Position numbers and translations under genes: made by a program
Notes under the pieces: model-generated
The model's input: the letters and a program-made list of their open reading frames with translations, nothing else
Databases searched by the model: none
Told to the model about the DNA's origin: nothing
NCBI RefSeq assembly: GCF_026571515.1
Contig: NW_026863607.1
Location: 186,001 to 250,000 of the forward strand
DNA from: Ruditapes philippinarum
Taxonomy: Eukaryota
Direction: 5' to 3'
Length of the DNA: 64,000 nucleotides
In this document: positions 51,906 through 64,000 of the stretch, piece by piece
Numbering within the stretch: position 1 is the stretch's first letter
Layout: every line of letters begins with the position of its first letter

Positions 51906-52369
51906 ACTCAGGCAAATCAATGACAAAAATAACAAAAATATTTTATGATTGTACTCAAATCACGCTAAAATGACATTTTATAAAGTCCTAGCATGAATTT
52001 CTGTATAATTATATATATATTGGGTTTGGAGCATTAATAAATCTAAATATGTTGAACAAAGTTGTTTTTAAAAAAAGTCAAGTGACTTGAACAAACCCTT
52101 GAAGTAACAATTATAGATATAGTGGATATTGTATGACTGAAACAAGGCCAAGCCATTCATTTAACATGCTTTTTAACGTTTCCAGGGTTCACCTTGACAA
52201 CTATTTTGGAACCTTAACGCTCTAACCTGACCCAAGCGGGTCAAGTTAGGAAACCACCATATCTTTCTCTGTAAGGAGAAAAGTTTTGTTCTTGACCTTT
52301 ACAACGGTATTTACCAAGCTTTTGAATAAATAACGACGGTCGATTCAACCAACAGGCTTTCCTTGATAA

Positions 52370-52505
52370 CGAACCACTAATAGCCACTTTCTCCGCAAGT
52401 GATGGACTACTAACTCCACATGATTTCTGAATCGGTGGTGAGGTACAAATGATCATCAATCTCAAAGATCGAGACCAATTGTCACGAAGAGAGTAAGCCT
52501 CGCCT
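52370..52505 (-). mobile_element. Degenerate SINE fragment
   Basis: ttctccgcaagt...aactccacatgatttctgaatcggtggtgagg...gtcacgaagagagtaagcctcgcc resembles the reverse complement of a bivalve tRNA-SINE body (from memory). Confidence 0.4.
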
Positions 52506-55500
52506 ATACAATGAAATCTTGATTAATTATTGTTTGAATCATCGAACAATGTTCAAAATTTCAAATATAATTTGATAAGATTATACAAATATTCCAATAT
52601 TGTTATATATGTTTTGAACTATATGATTAACATGTGTAAGTGTTGAATACAAACTTCTATATATAGAAAATCATCTCTTGATTCATGTCGTTCCATTTTG
52701 CTGCATTATAACATTATTCCGTAAAAGGAAAATATAACTTCAGTGGAAATTACAGGGATATGTCGGAAAAGCATTACGCTCATCGGAAACAGCTAGCCGA
52801 GCGACTGTGATGTCATTCCAATTTGAGATCTATAGAAGAACGAGTTACACAAAGGTCTGACAAAACGGTATGACATGTCAGACATATCGTCATGAAGTCG
52901 AAGGTCATTTTACTTTGCCTTAATATAATCTGAGAAAATAAAGCGAAAGATGCAAAATTTAAGAGGGAACAATTCAATTACCAATGCATAACATATTCCT
53001 TAGAATTCTTTCAAATGGCAAACTTTTCGAAATAACCAAAACAGAATTGTTTATGTAATGATAAAAGAGAAGGTGAAATCTTACAGCCGACATCAAAAAA
53101 TCAATTTTTTGTGGCATTTATCGTGTTTGCGATTTATATGTAGAGGTTATTGTATCAATTAAATATACGTAGAAAATTTAATCAATTGTGACTTTGTTAA
53201 ACAACACAATAAACATGAATTGACCGAGAGTAAGCCAGAAATAGAAACAGAATTAAACTGACAGTCGAGAGTATGGCTCGCTTGAAATATCATGCTTTAT
53301 AATTAAAACCGGCAAAATTGTTTTCTGAAGCCGCATATTGTGTTTCTTACAAGCTAAAAGAGACCAGCTATGCTAAGGTTTCAGTCAGACACACCCTTTC
53401 ATCAGGAGATATCATTTCAGAAAAGCATGTAAGCAAGATGCTTATCTCTCTTCGAGTTGTTTATTTAGCATTGTAAACACGAATAGTGTGCAAGGAAAGG
53501 TTACAATATCTTGTTCAATTTGATTAAATAATCAGATAAGGTGTGTTTTGTCCACAAAGGAGTTCACATCAATTATAATGAATGATTTGCAAAACAATCA
53601 AGTAATTTAGATAAGATTCAAAAATCTTTAAAATTCTAGGAAAATAGAATGTTATGATAAGTTTGAATGTCCTAAACCTCATCAAGTAATCATCGTTAGG
53701 TTTATTGTCAATTGTATGGAAAAAAAGCTCCGAATCTGTATTAAAATATTAAAAGCAGAATTACATCTCACTTTTTAAGTTACAGTTGCATGTTATCCGT
53801 CATATGACATGCAATTTATTATAGCATTGAGACAATTAGAAGAGGTTTGACATATCAAATGAAGAAATCATGTAATAAAAGCTGAGCAGACGTATATAAG
53901 CAAATCAATGCTGGCATCAAACTTTTACGCAATTGTACTTATTTTTGAACTGTTTTACAGACAACATTGCAGTGTTTTTTTTATAATCCTATCAATGATT
54001 TTTTTAATCCAGAGATGGCACCACGGGTTCGTAGGTAATTTTGTTTGTTTGTTTTTGTTATCCTTTGTTTTTGTGGATAACAATATGTCTACAGTTTAGT
54101 GCAATCATATCTATGCATCAATCAGTTTGAAAGACACTGCAATTTGTGTGCAGTTTGTCCAGATACTCTAGAAGAGAATATTTCTGATCAAATCATGACA
54201 ATGATTAGGAAAATATTGGAAGCATACCATTTTCATCAAATAAAAACAAACTATTTTAAAGCACCAGAAACGAATATATCCCAAAAAGATGTCTTTCTAA
54301 ATACTGTTCATTTAGTAGTTATATTTCTCAAAAGATACAACATACAAAAAATTATCATACTAGGAACATAAAACTTTAGATGTCAAAGAACCTTACACGA
54401 ACTTAGTCAAATCAAGCGTTTTTTGAAGTGTTAGCGTTTAAAACAGAATCGATTGTTGAATCATATATGTTATTTTTAATTGAACTACTAAATTCTATGT
54501 TAAAACATAATATAACATAACAGTATCTCGATATAATGTAGATATAAATGTTGTATTTGGATATTTTTTTGTCAAACTCGTTTTCATTTGCCAAAAATGG
54601 TTGTGAGACAATCGCAACAAAATTATGATACCAGAATGTTCAATGCGATGCATTTGTTGCAAACCTCGTTTAATTGTAAAGCCGGTTGTAACAAAGTGTG
54701 CCAAAATCTAAAGAGAGCAATCAAAATTCATTGTCTTTATGTTTGTCTCAAATAGTGAGATCTGTGTCATTATTAAAGGAAAGGTACACACTACGATTGG
54801 AAATAAACAGTCAATAATAAATAACTCATCTGTACAAGTAAAAAAAACATTATAAATTGCTATTAAATCAAAATAGGTAGAAAAGTGTAAATTGTAGGTA
54901 ACAAATCAAGTTATTGCACCAATTTTAAAGTAAAAAAATCTTTTATTTGAATAATCTGTTTTTACCAATCTCTTTCAGTTTTAAATTTCGATATGATTCA
55001 TAAGTCATCCAATAAAATACAAAGACAAACAAATAAACAAAAACTAAAACTACAGGAATCTTTCCAAAATTAATAAGAGGAGCATTTTATGTTTAAAGTT
55101 TATTACTGAAGCATGCTTAGACCAGAATTTGTCTTTACAGCTTCTAAAGTTTTCAAAACATATGTTAATCTCACTTTGTGGTCTTCGTTTAGCCATACAA
55201 ACACAGTCAGAGTGCACATAAAGGTAACTCATTATTAGATGTTATATCTAATTGATGAACTCTGTGTGATAGAATGTGATTTGTCCGCACAAAAGTTCAC
55301 CAACTCTACTGAATGTTTTGTTTTCAATTACACGAATCATTGGTATTTCTCACAAATCAATTGAAGAAACTCACTGGGAAGATGTTATCGGTGTCATGGT
55401 GTTGTTATTTGAACAACACGTTTGTGTACACATATTTGAATTAAAATTATAACAAGGTTGTAAAATATCTCTCAATAATTAAATCGTTAACAAAAAACAC

Positions 55501-58500
55501 AAACAATTTTTCAAATAACAACAAAACTTTGTTTACGTAGTGTTTTTTTTAAGTTTATGAAATAGCAATTATAATGTAATGAACAATTATAACAATTGCA
55601 ATAACAAAAACTAATAATATAACAGTTTTTATGTAATAATGAAATATGTTCGCTGTCTCAAATGGTGTTTTTATTCACGACATAAACTTCAAAACATTAC
55701 TTTAATCAAATATATTCAAGAATTAAACTGCTAAGTAAAATAGCTTTAGATTGAGACAATATGAACACAGACACAGATGAAGATTATCATGGTTATAGTA
55801 AACGTCTTGACATACATGTATTATTCTAATCTAAACCAGTAATGATTTCAAACTTACTTGCAATTGTGTTTCTTGTTTGACAAAGTCAGAGACAAAAAAC
55901 GAATGGTTTCCCATACAGAGGAAGTGTATATTTAGCGTAAACATAGTTCGTTTAAAATAGTTCTAATTGCTAACCAATGAGTTATCTTATTTTGACGATG
56001 ATATATTAAAGCTTTCAACTTACCAACGGCACATTGTAAGGAAATGTGCATTTAAAATGTTTTAATCTTTCTCAGACTTAGTGAAATATGTCATTTTTAC
56101 TGCATTCTCTTTTTCAAACTCCATATATATTGTTTTTATATAAAATAATAACATTATAATATACACATATAATTAGAAAACTGTGTAGGTATTCAAGGCT
56201 ATGCATATTTATTTTTAACAATGTTCATCAAGTTCGTTATTAACACTTTTTGTCATGTTATATAAATTTAGAAAAGAAGCAGTTTATTGTTATAAATGTT
56301 ATCTCAAAGCAGCTCTTACAACCGTTTATACTGTGTTGAATTATCATCTGTTAAAAGATATAGACGTACAAGTAATATTTTACGATATACCTAATCGGAC
56401 TAAGGCATTATAAAGTCTAGAAGATATGTTATATTGACTTTAGTATAAGAGGCAACCATTCTAAGTCTCCCGATAATTAACTAGACACAAACCCTTCTTT
56501 AATGTCAAAAAAAGATGTGTCCTTGAGATAACAAAGGTCCTGAAACACAGTATGTGAAATCATATGGTCAATTATAGTTGACAATAGACTTAGCACCTTA
56601 TACATGCTTTATGTAGCTAATGACAAACTTAAAAGATATGTGAAAGAGTATAAAGTAATTGTGTTCATCACGATTCATGCAATCTAGACATGCAAATTAG
56701 AATTATACAAGTTACGCTATTTCAATACATATTAGACCGCTATTGGTCGGATAACATTATGAAATTATTATACAGAAAGTTTTTTATAACGAATGCTAAA
56801 CTGTTATATATAGCCATAAAGCAGAACAGAATTTATTTAAACTTTGGTTGATCGTAGATTATGATATAGAAATAGTTTAAGGTATTAGATATTTAATGCA
56901 TAACCTCCTTCCTGAAACGTATTCATTTTCAGTGAAATGACAAAAATGACCAGTTTTATGAACCCACTTTCTAATCAGACACATAACCTGTTTCAATTGA
57001 CATTTTTCCAGGTGTTTTGTTTCTTTTCATTTCAAAACTGTGGGTGTGTTTAACCACTTCTAATGTTCTACTCATTATTCTTCCAATGTTCTACTCATTA
57101 TTATATGTTTATCTGTTCTAATAAGGTGTGCTTTATCCTTAATAGAGTGCACTTATGACACCATAACAGCGGCATTTAGTAATTCTGATTTTATTGAGGT
57201 AAACTGAATTGTCGTTAACGATTGGCGTTACCGAGAGTCAATGACTAAATTTGAAAACCTGATTGTAATTGTTCACTTATTAAACTTGCAGTTGTTACGT
57301 GAAAACAGGTGACCAATAGGTATAATCGGTGTTAAATACGTTATCATCGTATCATCGGTTCACTCTTGGCTTATTTACCAATTAACGATGGCTCTGTGTA
57401 ACTTTGGTAAACCATATGCGAATATTGTTATTTCTGTATAAAGTAATTGAACAACTGAGATAGAAATTTATTTGCCTTTAAAATGAAGAAGAGCATTAAA
57501 CAAATTGTTTGACAATGGTAAGAGATAAAACCCATTGAAAGAATTTTAGGATATCTTCATACATTGCTTTGAGGATTTAACATAATACAGTGCAGTACCT
57601 GTAGATTCTTGCAGAAAACATCTTCACAAAGTTCAAATTTTCAGCCGATTCTTACATTTTTCATTAATTAATCGGCAGGAAAAGGAAATAAGTAAGCCGT
57701 CTAAACAACAAGCATAAAATTATTGAATAATTTAAATCACTACAAAGCTACGCAAAACGAAGATTACTGTGTTTGGATACATCTAGTCTTTTTAAATACC
57801 TTACTAATGCCTCGACTTTGATTCTTGCTGTATTCACAAAAGCTTTGCAATAATAAAATAATACAACAGCATGGAACAAACTGACAGGTTATTTTATCAA
57901 GGACCTATATGGCTGTGAAAGTATATTATATATAATCACAGAATTTGAAGTATAGAATAAAATGAACGATAACATCTTTCAATTTTAAAGACAGGTTACC
58001 TTGACTTCAGAAATCAAAAGACCTTTTGTAATCTCTAGCGAGTATATGCTTCTTATTAACATGGCACATTCTCTTCTTGAATGTCCACAAAGGATTCGAT
58101 CTAGACAAAGTATGTGAAATTATATGGTTAATCATTGATGGCACTAGCTTTCATAGATATCATCTCTGACATTAACATAGACTTTAGTTTCTAGATAAAA
58201 TATCCTTGGTATTAGACATATCAGAACGATTTTTATTTTGATACATTACACTCAATTGTATACGGCATCAATTTCCTTTGATTAAATTGAAGATTTACTA
58301 AGTTATTACATTATGATTAATTTTTGGCAATTGACAGCTAAGAATAAAGTTTTCAAAACATACGGTTATATACATATAGATATAAAACATTGCAAACCTT
58401 AAACTTAGGACTCTTCAAAGAATTACTGATGAAAGAAAATCAAAAACTTTTTTAATTTGAAGGTTTTTTGTGAGGGGAAAAGGCTAACTTATTACTGGAT

Positions 58501-58977
58501 GTTGCCTGTTTTATATAAGATAAATCTTATGATCTCACAACTACGGTGTTCCGTTTGGACACGTTTGGACAATCGTGACATTTTATTTATTCTGTACCCG
58601 CGATGCACGATGGTACGATGGTGAAAACGCGATGGCACGATGGTACGATGGTGAAAACACGATGGTACGATGGTGAAATCACGATGGTACGATGGTGAAA
58701 TCGCGATGGCGCGATAGTACGATGGTGAAAACGCGATGTAACATCGCGTTTTCACCATCGTACCATCGCACCATCGCGCTATCGTGTTTTCACCATCGTG
58801 CCATCGCGCTTTCACCATCGTGCCAGCGCGATTTCACCATCGTACCATCGCGATTTCACCATCGTACCATCGCGATTTCACCATCGTACCATCGCGTTTT
58901 CACCATCGTACCATCGCGTTTTCACCATCGTGCCATCGCCTTCCGGTGGACATGCGCATTGTACATCTTTATCAACA

Positions 58978-59100
58978 ATGGATGAATGCATAACTATGTA
59001 TTATGTGAGAGGCTATACGTATCGAGACATTTTAAATATAGTGAGGCTTAAAACGGGATTTGATCTCAGCACAGACTATTTAATAAGTGTTGTGTATTAA
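58978..59100 (+). pseudogene. Truncated N-terminus of a putative transposase/HTH protein (MDECITMYYVRGYTYRDILNIVRLKTGFDLS), left arm
   Basis: The pattern I-x-x-Y-[YF]-x-x-G-x-x-Y-x-[DE]-I-L...G-x-x-[LI]-S resembles the N-terminal HTH (Clr5-like) region of integrase-core transposases (from memory). The ATG is in a caacaATGg context downstream of CTTCCGG and TGCGCA motifs. Confidence 0.55.
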
Positions 59101-59884
59101 GATTCAATCATTATAAAACCTTTATGCACTGTGCTTAATTCATCTTGTCTAGATGTCTAGATATCTATAACACAATTTTTTTAAAGGTTTTATATCATAA
59201 ATATGATGCTCAAATTAAGATAAGTTCCAAAAAGCATTATTTGTAAAGATGTTACCGAATCTAACATTTCATGTAAATAAAGGGAGTTAATAAAAATTTA
59301 TTTTCTGTAAAGTCTAAGTCAAATTTTTCAATAAGAAATGCTATAATCTATAACAATAAAATCTGAAAGTAATTGTAATTAAGTAAATTACTGATCAATC
59401 CCCAGGTCTGGCACTGGAACCTATGCTCGGATTATAGCGCCGAATTTACAATTTTTGCAGTAATAATTAATCTTCCATAGTAATATAATATTCTTTGGCT
59501 TTAAATTCCCAATCGGACCAGGTCAAGGGCAAACATTTCTCACTTTAAGGCATACACATTCTAATAGTCTCGGGAAATAGAATTATCTTATCTATATGTA
59601 TGAGCTCTTGATGCATCATTTTCTGGCTCAGTATTTTCTTTAATTTTCCTTTTATTTTCATTTTGTTTTATAATTCACTTTCTAATACCTGAACGTATTG
59701 GGATTTTTCATTCTTCCATATCCAAGCAAGAATAATTGAAAAGAAAACACATGACAGCTATACCAAAAGACAATTTTGTACCGTTCTAAAGATTTTGAAT
59801 GTTGTAATTGAGGTTGTACACCGTGGTGGTTGTGGTGATAGTTTTCACTTCCGATCATGACAGTAAGCCACATTGAATTCACAA

Positions 59885-60114
59885 GAGCACAGTTCAACCA
59901 CCGCATTTTCCTGGGCAGGCTGTCAAGCAGTTTACCAGTACCAGTTGCCTTCACTTTCGCAAGGAACTGAAACTTCTGCAGAGCAGAGACCAGTGTCAAT
60001 GACCGTAGAAAGGATTTCATGATCAATCACAACGAAAGTGACCTGCACCCGTCGGGGGAATCCAAACCGATCGCCCGATTCACAGTCCAACGCTGTACCT
60101 GTTGAGCTAACACC
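59885..60114 (-). mobile_element. tRNA-derived SINE (Meta-domain-like) within the foldback spacer
   Basis: The minus strand begins ggtgttagctcaacaggtacagcgttggactgtgaatc...ggtttggattcc (degenerate A and B boxes). The body contains gaccgtagaaaggatttcatgatcaatcacaacgaaagt on the plus strand, similar to the MetaSINE central domain (from memory). Confidence 0.6.
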
Positions 60115-60475
60115 ACACTTCAGTGAAATTATATATATTTATATAATAATGCTTTAATATAATGTTTCAAACATCGAGAATATGTAAAATATGTACTGCA
60201 AATATTTATACATATTATATGTTATCATTAAAATATATGCATTCATCTCTTATTGAAAAATTTTACTTAGACTTTACAGAAAATAAAATTTTTATTACCT
60301 CCCTTTATTTACATGAAATGTTAAATTCGGTAACATCTTTACAAATAATGCTTTTTGGAACTTATCTTAATTTGAGCATCATATTTTTGATATAAAACCT
60401 TAAAAAATTTGTGTTATAGATATCCAGACAAGATGAATTAAGCACAGTGCATAAAGGTTTTATAATGATTGAATC

Positions 60476-60598
60476 TTAATACACAACACTTATTAAATAG
60501 TCTGTGCTGAGGTCGAATCCCGTTTTAAGCTTCACTATATTTAAAATGTCTCGATACGTATAGCCTCTCACATAATACATAGTTATGCATTCATCCAT
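60476..60598 (-). pseudogene. Second, inverted copy of the truncated transposase N-terminus, right arm
   Basis: Same peptide with one R/K difference (MDECITMYYVRGYTYRDILNIVKLKTGFDLS). Confidence 0.55.
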
Positions 60599-63500
60599 TG
60601 TTGATAAAGATGTACAATGCGCATGTCCACCGGAAGGCGATGGCACGATGGTGAAAACGCGATGGTACGATGGTGAAAACGCGATGGTACGATGGTGAAA
60701 TCGCGATGGTACGATGGTGAAATCGCGATGGTACGATGGTGAAATCGCGATGGTACGATGGTAAAAGCGCGATGGCACGATGGTGAAAACACGATAGCGC
60801 GATGGTGCGATGGTACGATGGTGAAAACGCGATGGTACGATGGTGAAATCACGATGGTACGATGGTGAAAACGCGATGTAACATCGCGTTTTCACCATCG
60901 TACTATCGCGCCATCGCGATTTCACCATCGTACCATCGTGATTTCACCATCGTACCATCGTGTTTTCACCATCGTACCATCGTGCCATCGCGTTTTCACC
61001 ATCGTACCATCGTGCATCGCGGGTACAGAATAAATAAAATGTCACGATTGTCCAAACGTGTCCAAACGGAACACCGTACACAACAGTAACAAATACAATG
61101 AATACAAAAGAAAATATCTGACAACAGAATTAAAACAATTCGTTCTACAACCTGTTATAAAATAACTTATTACGTGCAAATAACAGAAATATATAACACA
61201 ATCATGAACATTTTGTCAAAACCGATTTGTGATGACACGGTAGACATGAATGCATTAGTTGAAGTTTCTTTGAAATAATATCATGATCTTCATTTTGAAA
61301 GTAAATATTCCATCATTATAATTTATACATCTTAACCAATGTGAGACTACTTTACTGTTATGTTTGTACACGGTTATGAACATTCGTTAGGAAAAGCAAC
61401 TTTTAGAGTGAGACTAAAGTAAAGGATTGGAGCACCACACTAAATACTGTATTCCGGTAAATACTGGACAAGGCGCTTGAATGATTAAATGCTAAAATCT
61501 CACCTTTCCTCCAAACGGAATGAACCTTAAAACGTCTTATTCATCTCTATAGCAGATTTATATATGATATTGAATGAAAAATATAAGAATCGCCGGAAAA
61601 AAGATATTTGTCTATTTTGTTATCATGATTTCTGCAAGCGTCTGGATGTACTGCTCCAACTCTGTGTTGCGTAAAATCCGTTTTAATAATGAATATTAAT
61701 ATATTTAATTGTAGATCACAAAGTCTCCATTGTGTCTCTTCTTAAAATAATACGAATATATAAAACATAAATTATCCCCTGTCGGCTCTCTGTACAACTT
61801 CTTGTTTGTTCTCAAAATCGTTAAAATGACCTACTCAGCATTTCCAGCACTGCATCCCTTTCAAAATAATGAATGTTCGCCAATTATTGGCTGTTCGAAA
61901 GATCACCAGAAGATAACCTCTTATCGGTGCTCGCTTTTCAGATCCTAATGTGTAGCGTTAATAAGGAGCTGATTTTGATCAGATTGGGACTACTTTTTAA
62001 CGAATATTAAAATATTAAAACACAGCTTTAACACTTTAAAAAAGGAGTGTTTCAAACTAAGTGATAACTTATTTGTAAATACATTTGAATCAGACATATT
62101 TGAACATACAATATCAAACAATCTTGCTTTTATTTCTTATAATTTATGACCAGCATGGAACATTGTGCCTGAAAATAAAATGATTTCTATAAATTTCCAT
62201 TCTCAATATCCTATAAACGGATATGGCTTTCGAAACAGTAACTTAATTGATCTAATATATGACTTGTTAGCGTTTTACCTTTAACGTTTTAACACATTTT
62301 TCCGTGTTTCTCACATGTTAAGACAACTACATCTTCTAACGGAAGTGGCAAAATAGCTCGTACGTCATAGTAAAATATTATTGATCGAATATTTAGTTGT
62401 CATAATCATGTATAGGTACTTTTTTAAGAATATCAATTTTTAAAAAAAATAATGATGATATAAATAATAGGCTTATGAATATGTAAAAAAAATCTGTTTT
62501 CGACATAACCACTCCTAAACTAATGAATAGAGAAAAACGGATTTTTTTAAGAACGCACAAACAAAATAAAATGAAAAAGTTGCAGGCTCGGTTTGATTGA
62601 GCGGTAACGGAATGTGCAAGTTAACTTATACGCCCCAAGCACCGGCTTAAGCAGAATTCAACATATAAACACGAAAATTGTGAAATTTGAATTTAGAAAC
62701 ATCCGCAGATGTGTTCATACGGCGGTTATGGAACCTTCAGTGAGACACTTACGTGCCATTCGATGCCAAAAGAAAAAAGAATATGTGTGGCCTAAACGAA
62801 AACACAATGGTCAGAACTAAACAAAATGGAATTCTGAGAGAAAATCAGAGGTTATGAAGCCTGCAGTGGCAGTGCATTAGTAATTTGCAAATAATTAGTA
62901 TATCTGTCGTTTTAACCCACTATATTTCTGATCTTTTATTAGCTGCAAAGCCTGTTATAAATGGCTAATGATTGCACCTGAGCAGTGTATAAAGTAGTGA
63001 TTACACCGATCAAAGAATACAAGCCCAATTTCACAAGTATATAAATCTTATCAAATTCATATGATTGCCCATCATTTAAGTATGAAAAACGTGATTGATT
63101 CTGTAAATTTTCCGAACTTGCACTAAGTCATATGGACATGGTAAACATCAAAATTAATGCATCGTTTCAAACACCAAAGAATCTTCATTCTTTGATATAT
63201 GACACCTTATGATCCTTTTTTGCAATCGGATATTTTAGGAATGTACGTCTTCCTAGTATACTACAGTTATGCACATCTCAGTCACATAATGCATCACTGA
63301 CATTTTCTTAAGTGCTGCTCAATCATGTATTATTATTTCACCAATAATGATAAATGTTGTATATGTATTCTCTACAGTATCCTTATAGAGTCATCAACGA
63401 GGAAAAAAGAGACAAATGTAATTCATTATTACTGTAAGATTTCGTAGAATTTCTAGAAAAAAGTAGGTTTATAAGCGAACGGTATCTGCATTTCACCCTA

Positions 63501-64000
63501 GCATAAGCTAAATTTACAGTTCTGAAAATACAATGTAGGGTTAAAGGAAACAGTTTACAAGCTGAAATGTATGAACATTATCTAGGAATTATATTATCAC
63601 AAATATAAAAGTAAATTAAAAAATATTAAAACATTCTTTTTTCATATCAATATGATAACTCAATTAAAAGGTTAAAAGATTTTTGCAAGATTATTCAAAT
63701 TGTGAACTAACCTACTTAGATGTTTGTTTCAAAAATAATACGGACTGTTATATCTGTGTGTTCGAATTTTATATGTAATTTCGTTTTATTTTTTTGTGGT
63801 TTGCATTTTATGCCTGTAATATTAAGTAAATTATTTACAAAATGTATATGAGTACCAAATGTATACAAATAATAAAGTATTGCTTATAGACGGGTGACTG
63901 TTAAATGAAAATGGATTATAAAATATATTATGTAAAATACTTAATTTAACAGGTGCATATACAACTCAATAATGCATTTAATTTTCTTGATATTTACACC

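Larger units (their letters stand above)
58542..61078. mobile_element. Composite/foldback IS3EU-like transposon with ~0.8-kb inverted arms
   Basis: Termini tacggtgttccgtttggacacgtttggacaatcgtgac... and its exact reverse complement; 6-bp TSD cacaac (58536-58541 and 61079-61084). Arms span ~58542-59336 and ~60248-61078, and each holds an internally inverted 22-bp array (cgcgatggtacgatggtgaaaw). Confidence 0.93.
53034..63910 (+). repeat. Segmental tandem duplication B, copy 2, with ~4.4 kb of extra sequence (57840-62218)
   Basis: Same colinear blocks as copy 1, diverged by many substitutions and indels. Confidence 0.9.

Noticed and set aside
58492-61089. Overlapping ORFs rich in SPSYHR/FHHRTI/TIVPS
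   Set aside because: These are translations of the 22-bp transposon array in several frames.
1-64000. Remaining 60-115 aa ORFs rich in F/I/L/Y/K
   Set aside because: Their composition reflects AT-rich non-coding DNA or MITE palindromes; they show no domains and many start at non-ATG codons.

Overview
AT-rich, repeat-laden eukaryotic DNA, most likely from a bivalve mollusc. That assignment rests on MITE and SINE families I recognise from memory and was not verified by search. Almost all ORFs in the supplied track are spurious. The one convincing gene is a spliced minus-strand neuropeptide precursor that the ORF track largely misses. Its coding exons are 22816-22546, 18363-18310 and 16107-15977 (151 aa). 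It has a signal peptide, an acidic pro-region, a KR site and one 39-aa peptide (LGVAGLENLDMMTKTLAQNRLPMSVNMNTNRLRMLMRTV) followed by GRRRK-stop. The peptide looks like a divergent member of the CRH/DH44/egg-laying-hormone (ELH) superfamily. The ~36 kb upstream of the gene (28.5-64 kb) is non-coding and built from two pairs of old tandem duplications. Inserted in them are two TAC...GTA elements with 6-bp TSDs (IS3EU-like) that carry related palindromic 22-bp arrays; one is a 2.5-kb composite/foldback made of two copies of the same transposon end around a SINE-containing spacer. The same region also holds a ~352-bp tandem repeat containing a tRNA-like cloverleaf and a decayed C2H2 zinc-finger pseudogene.
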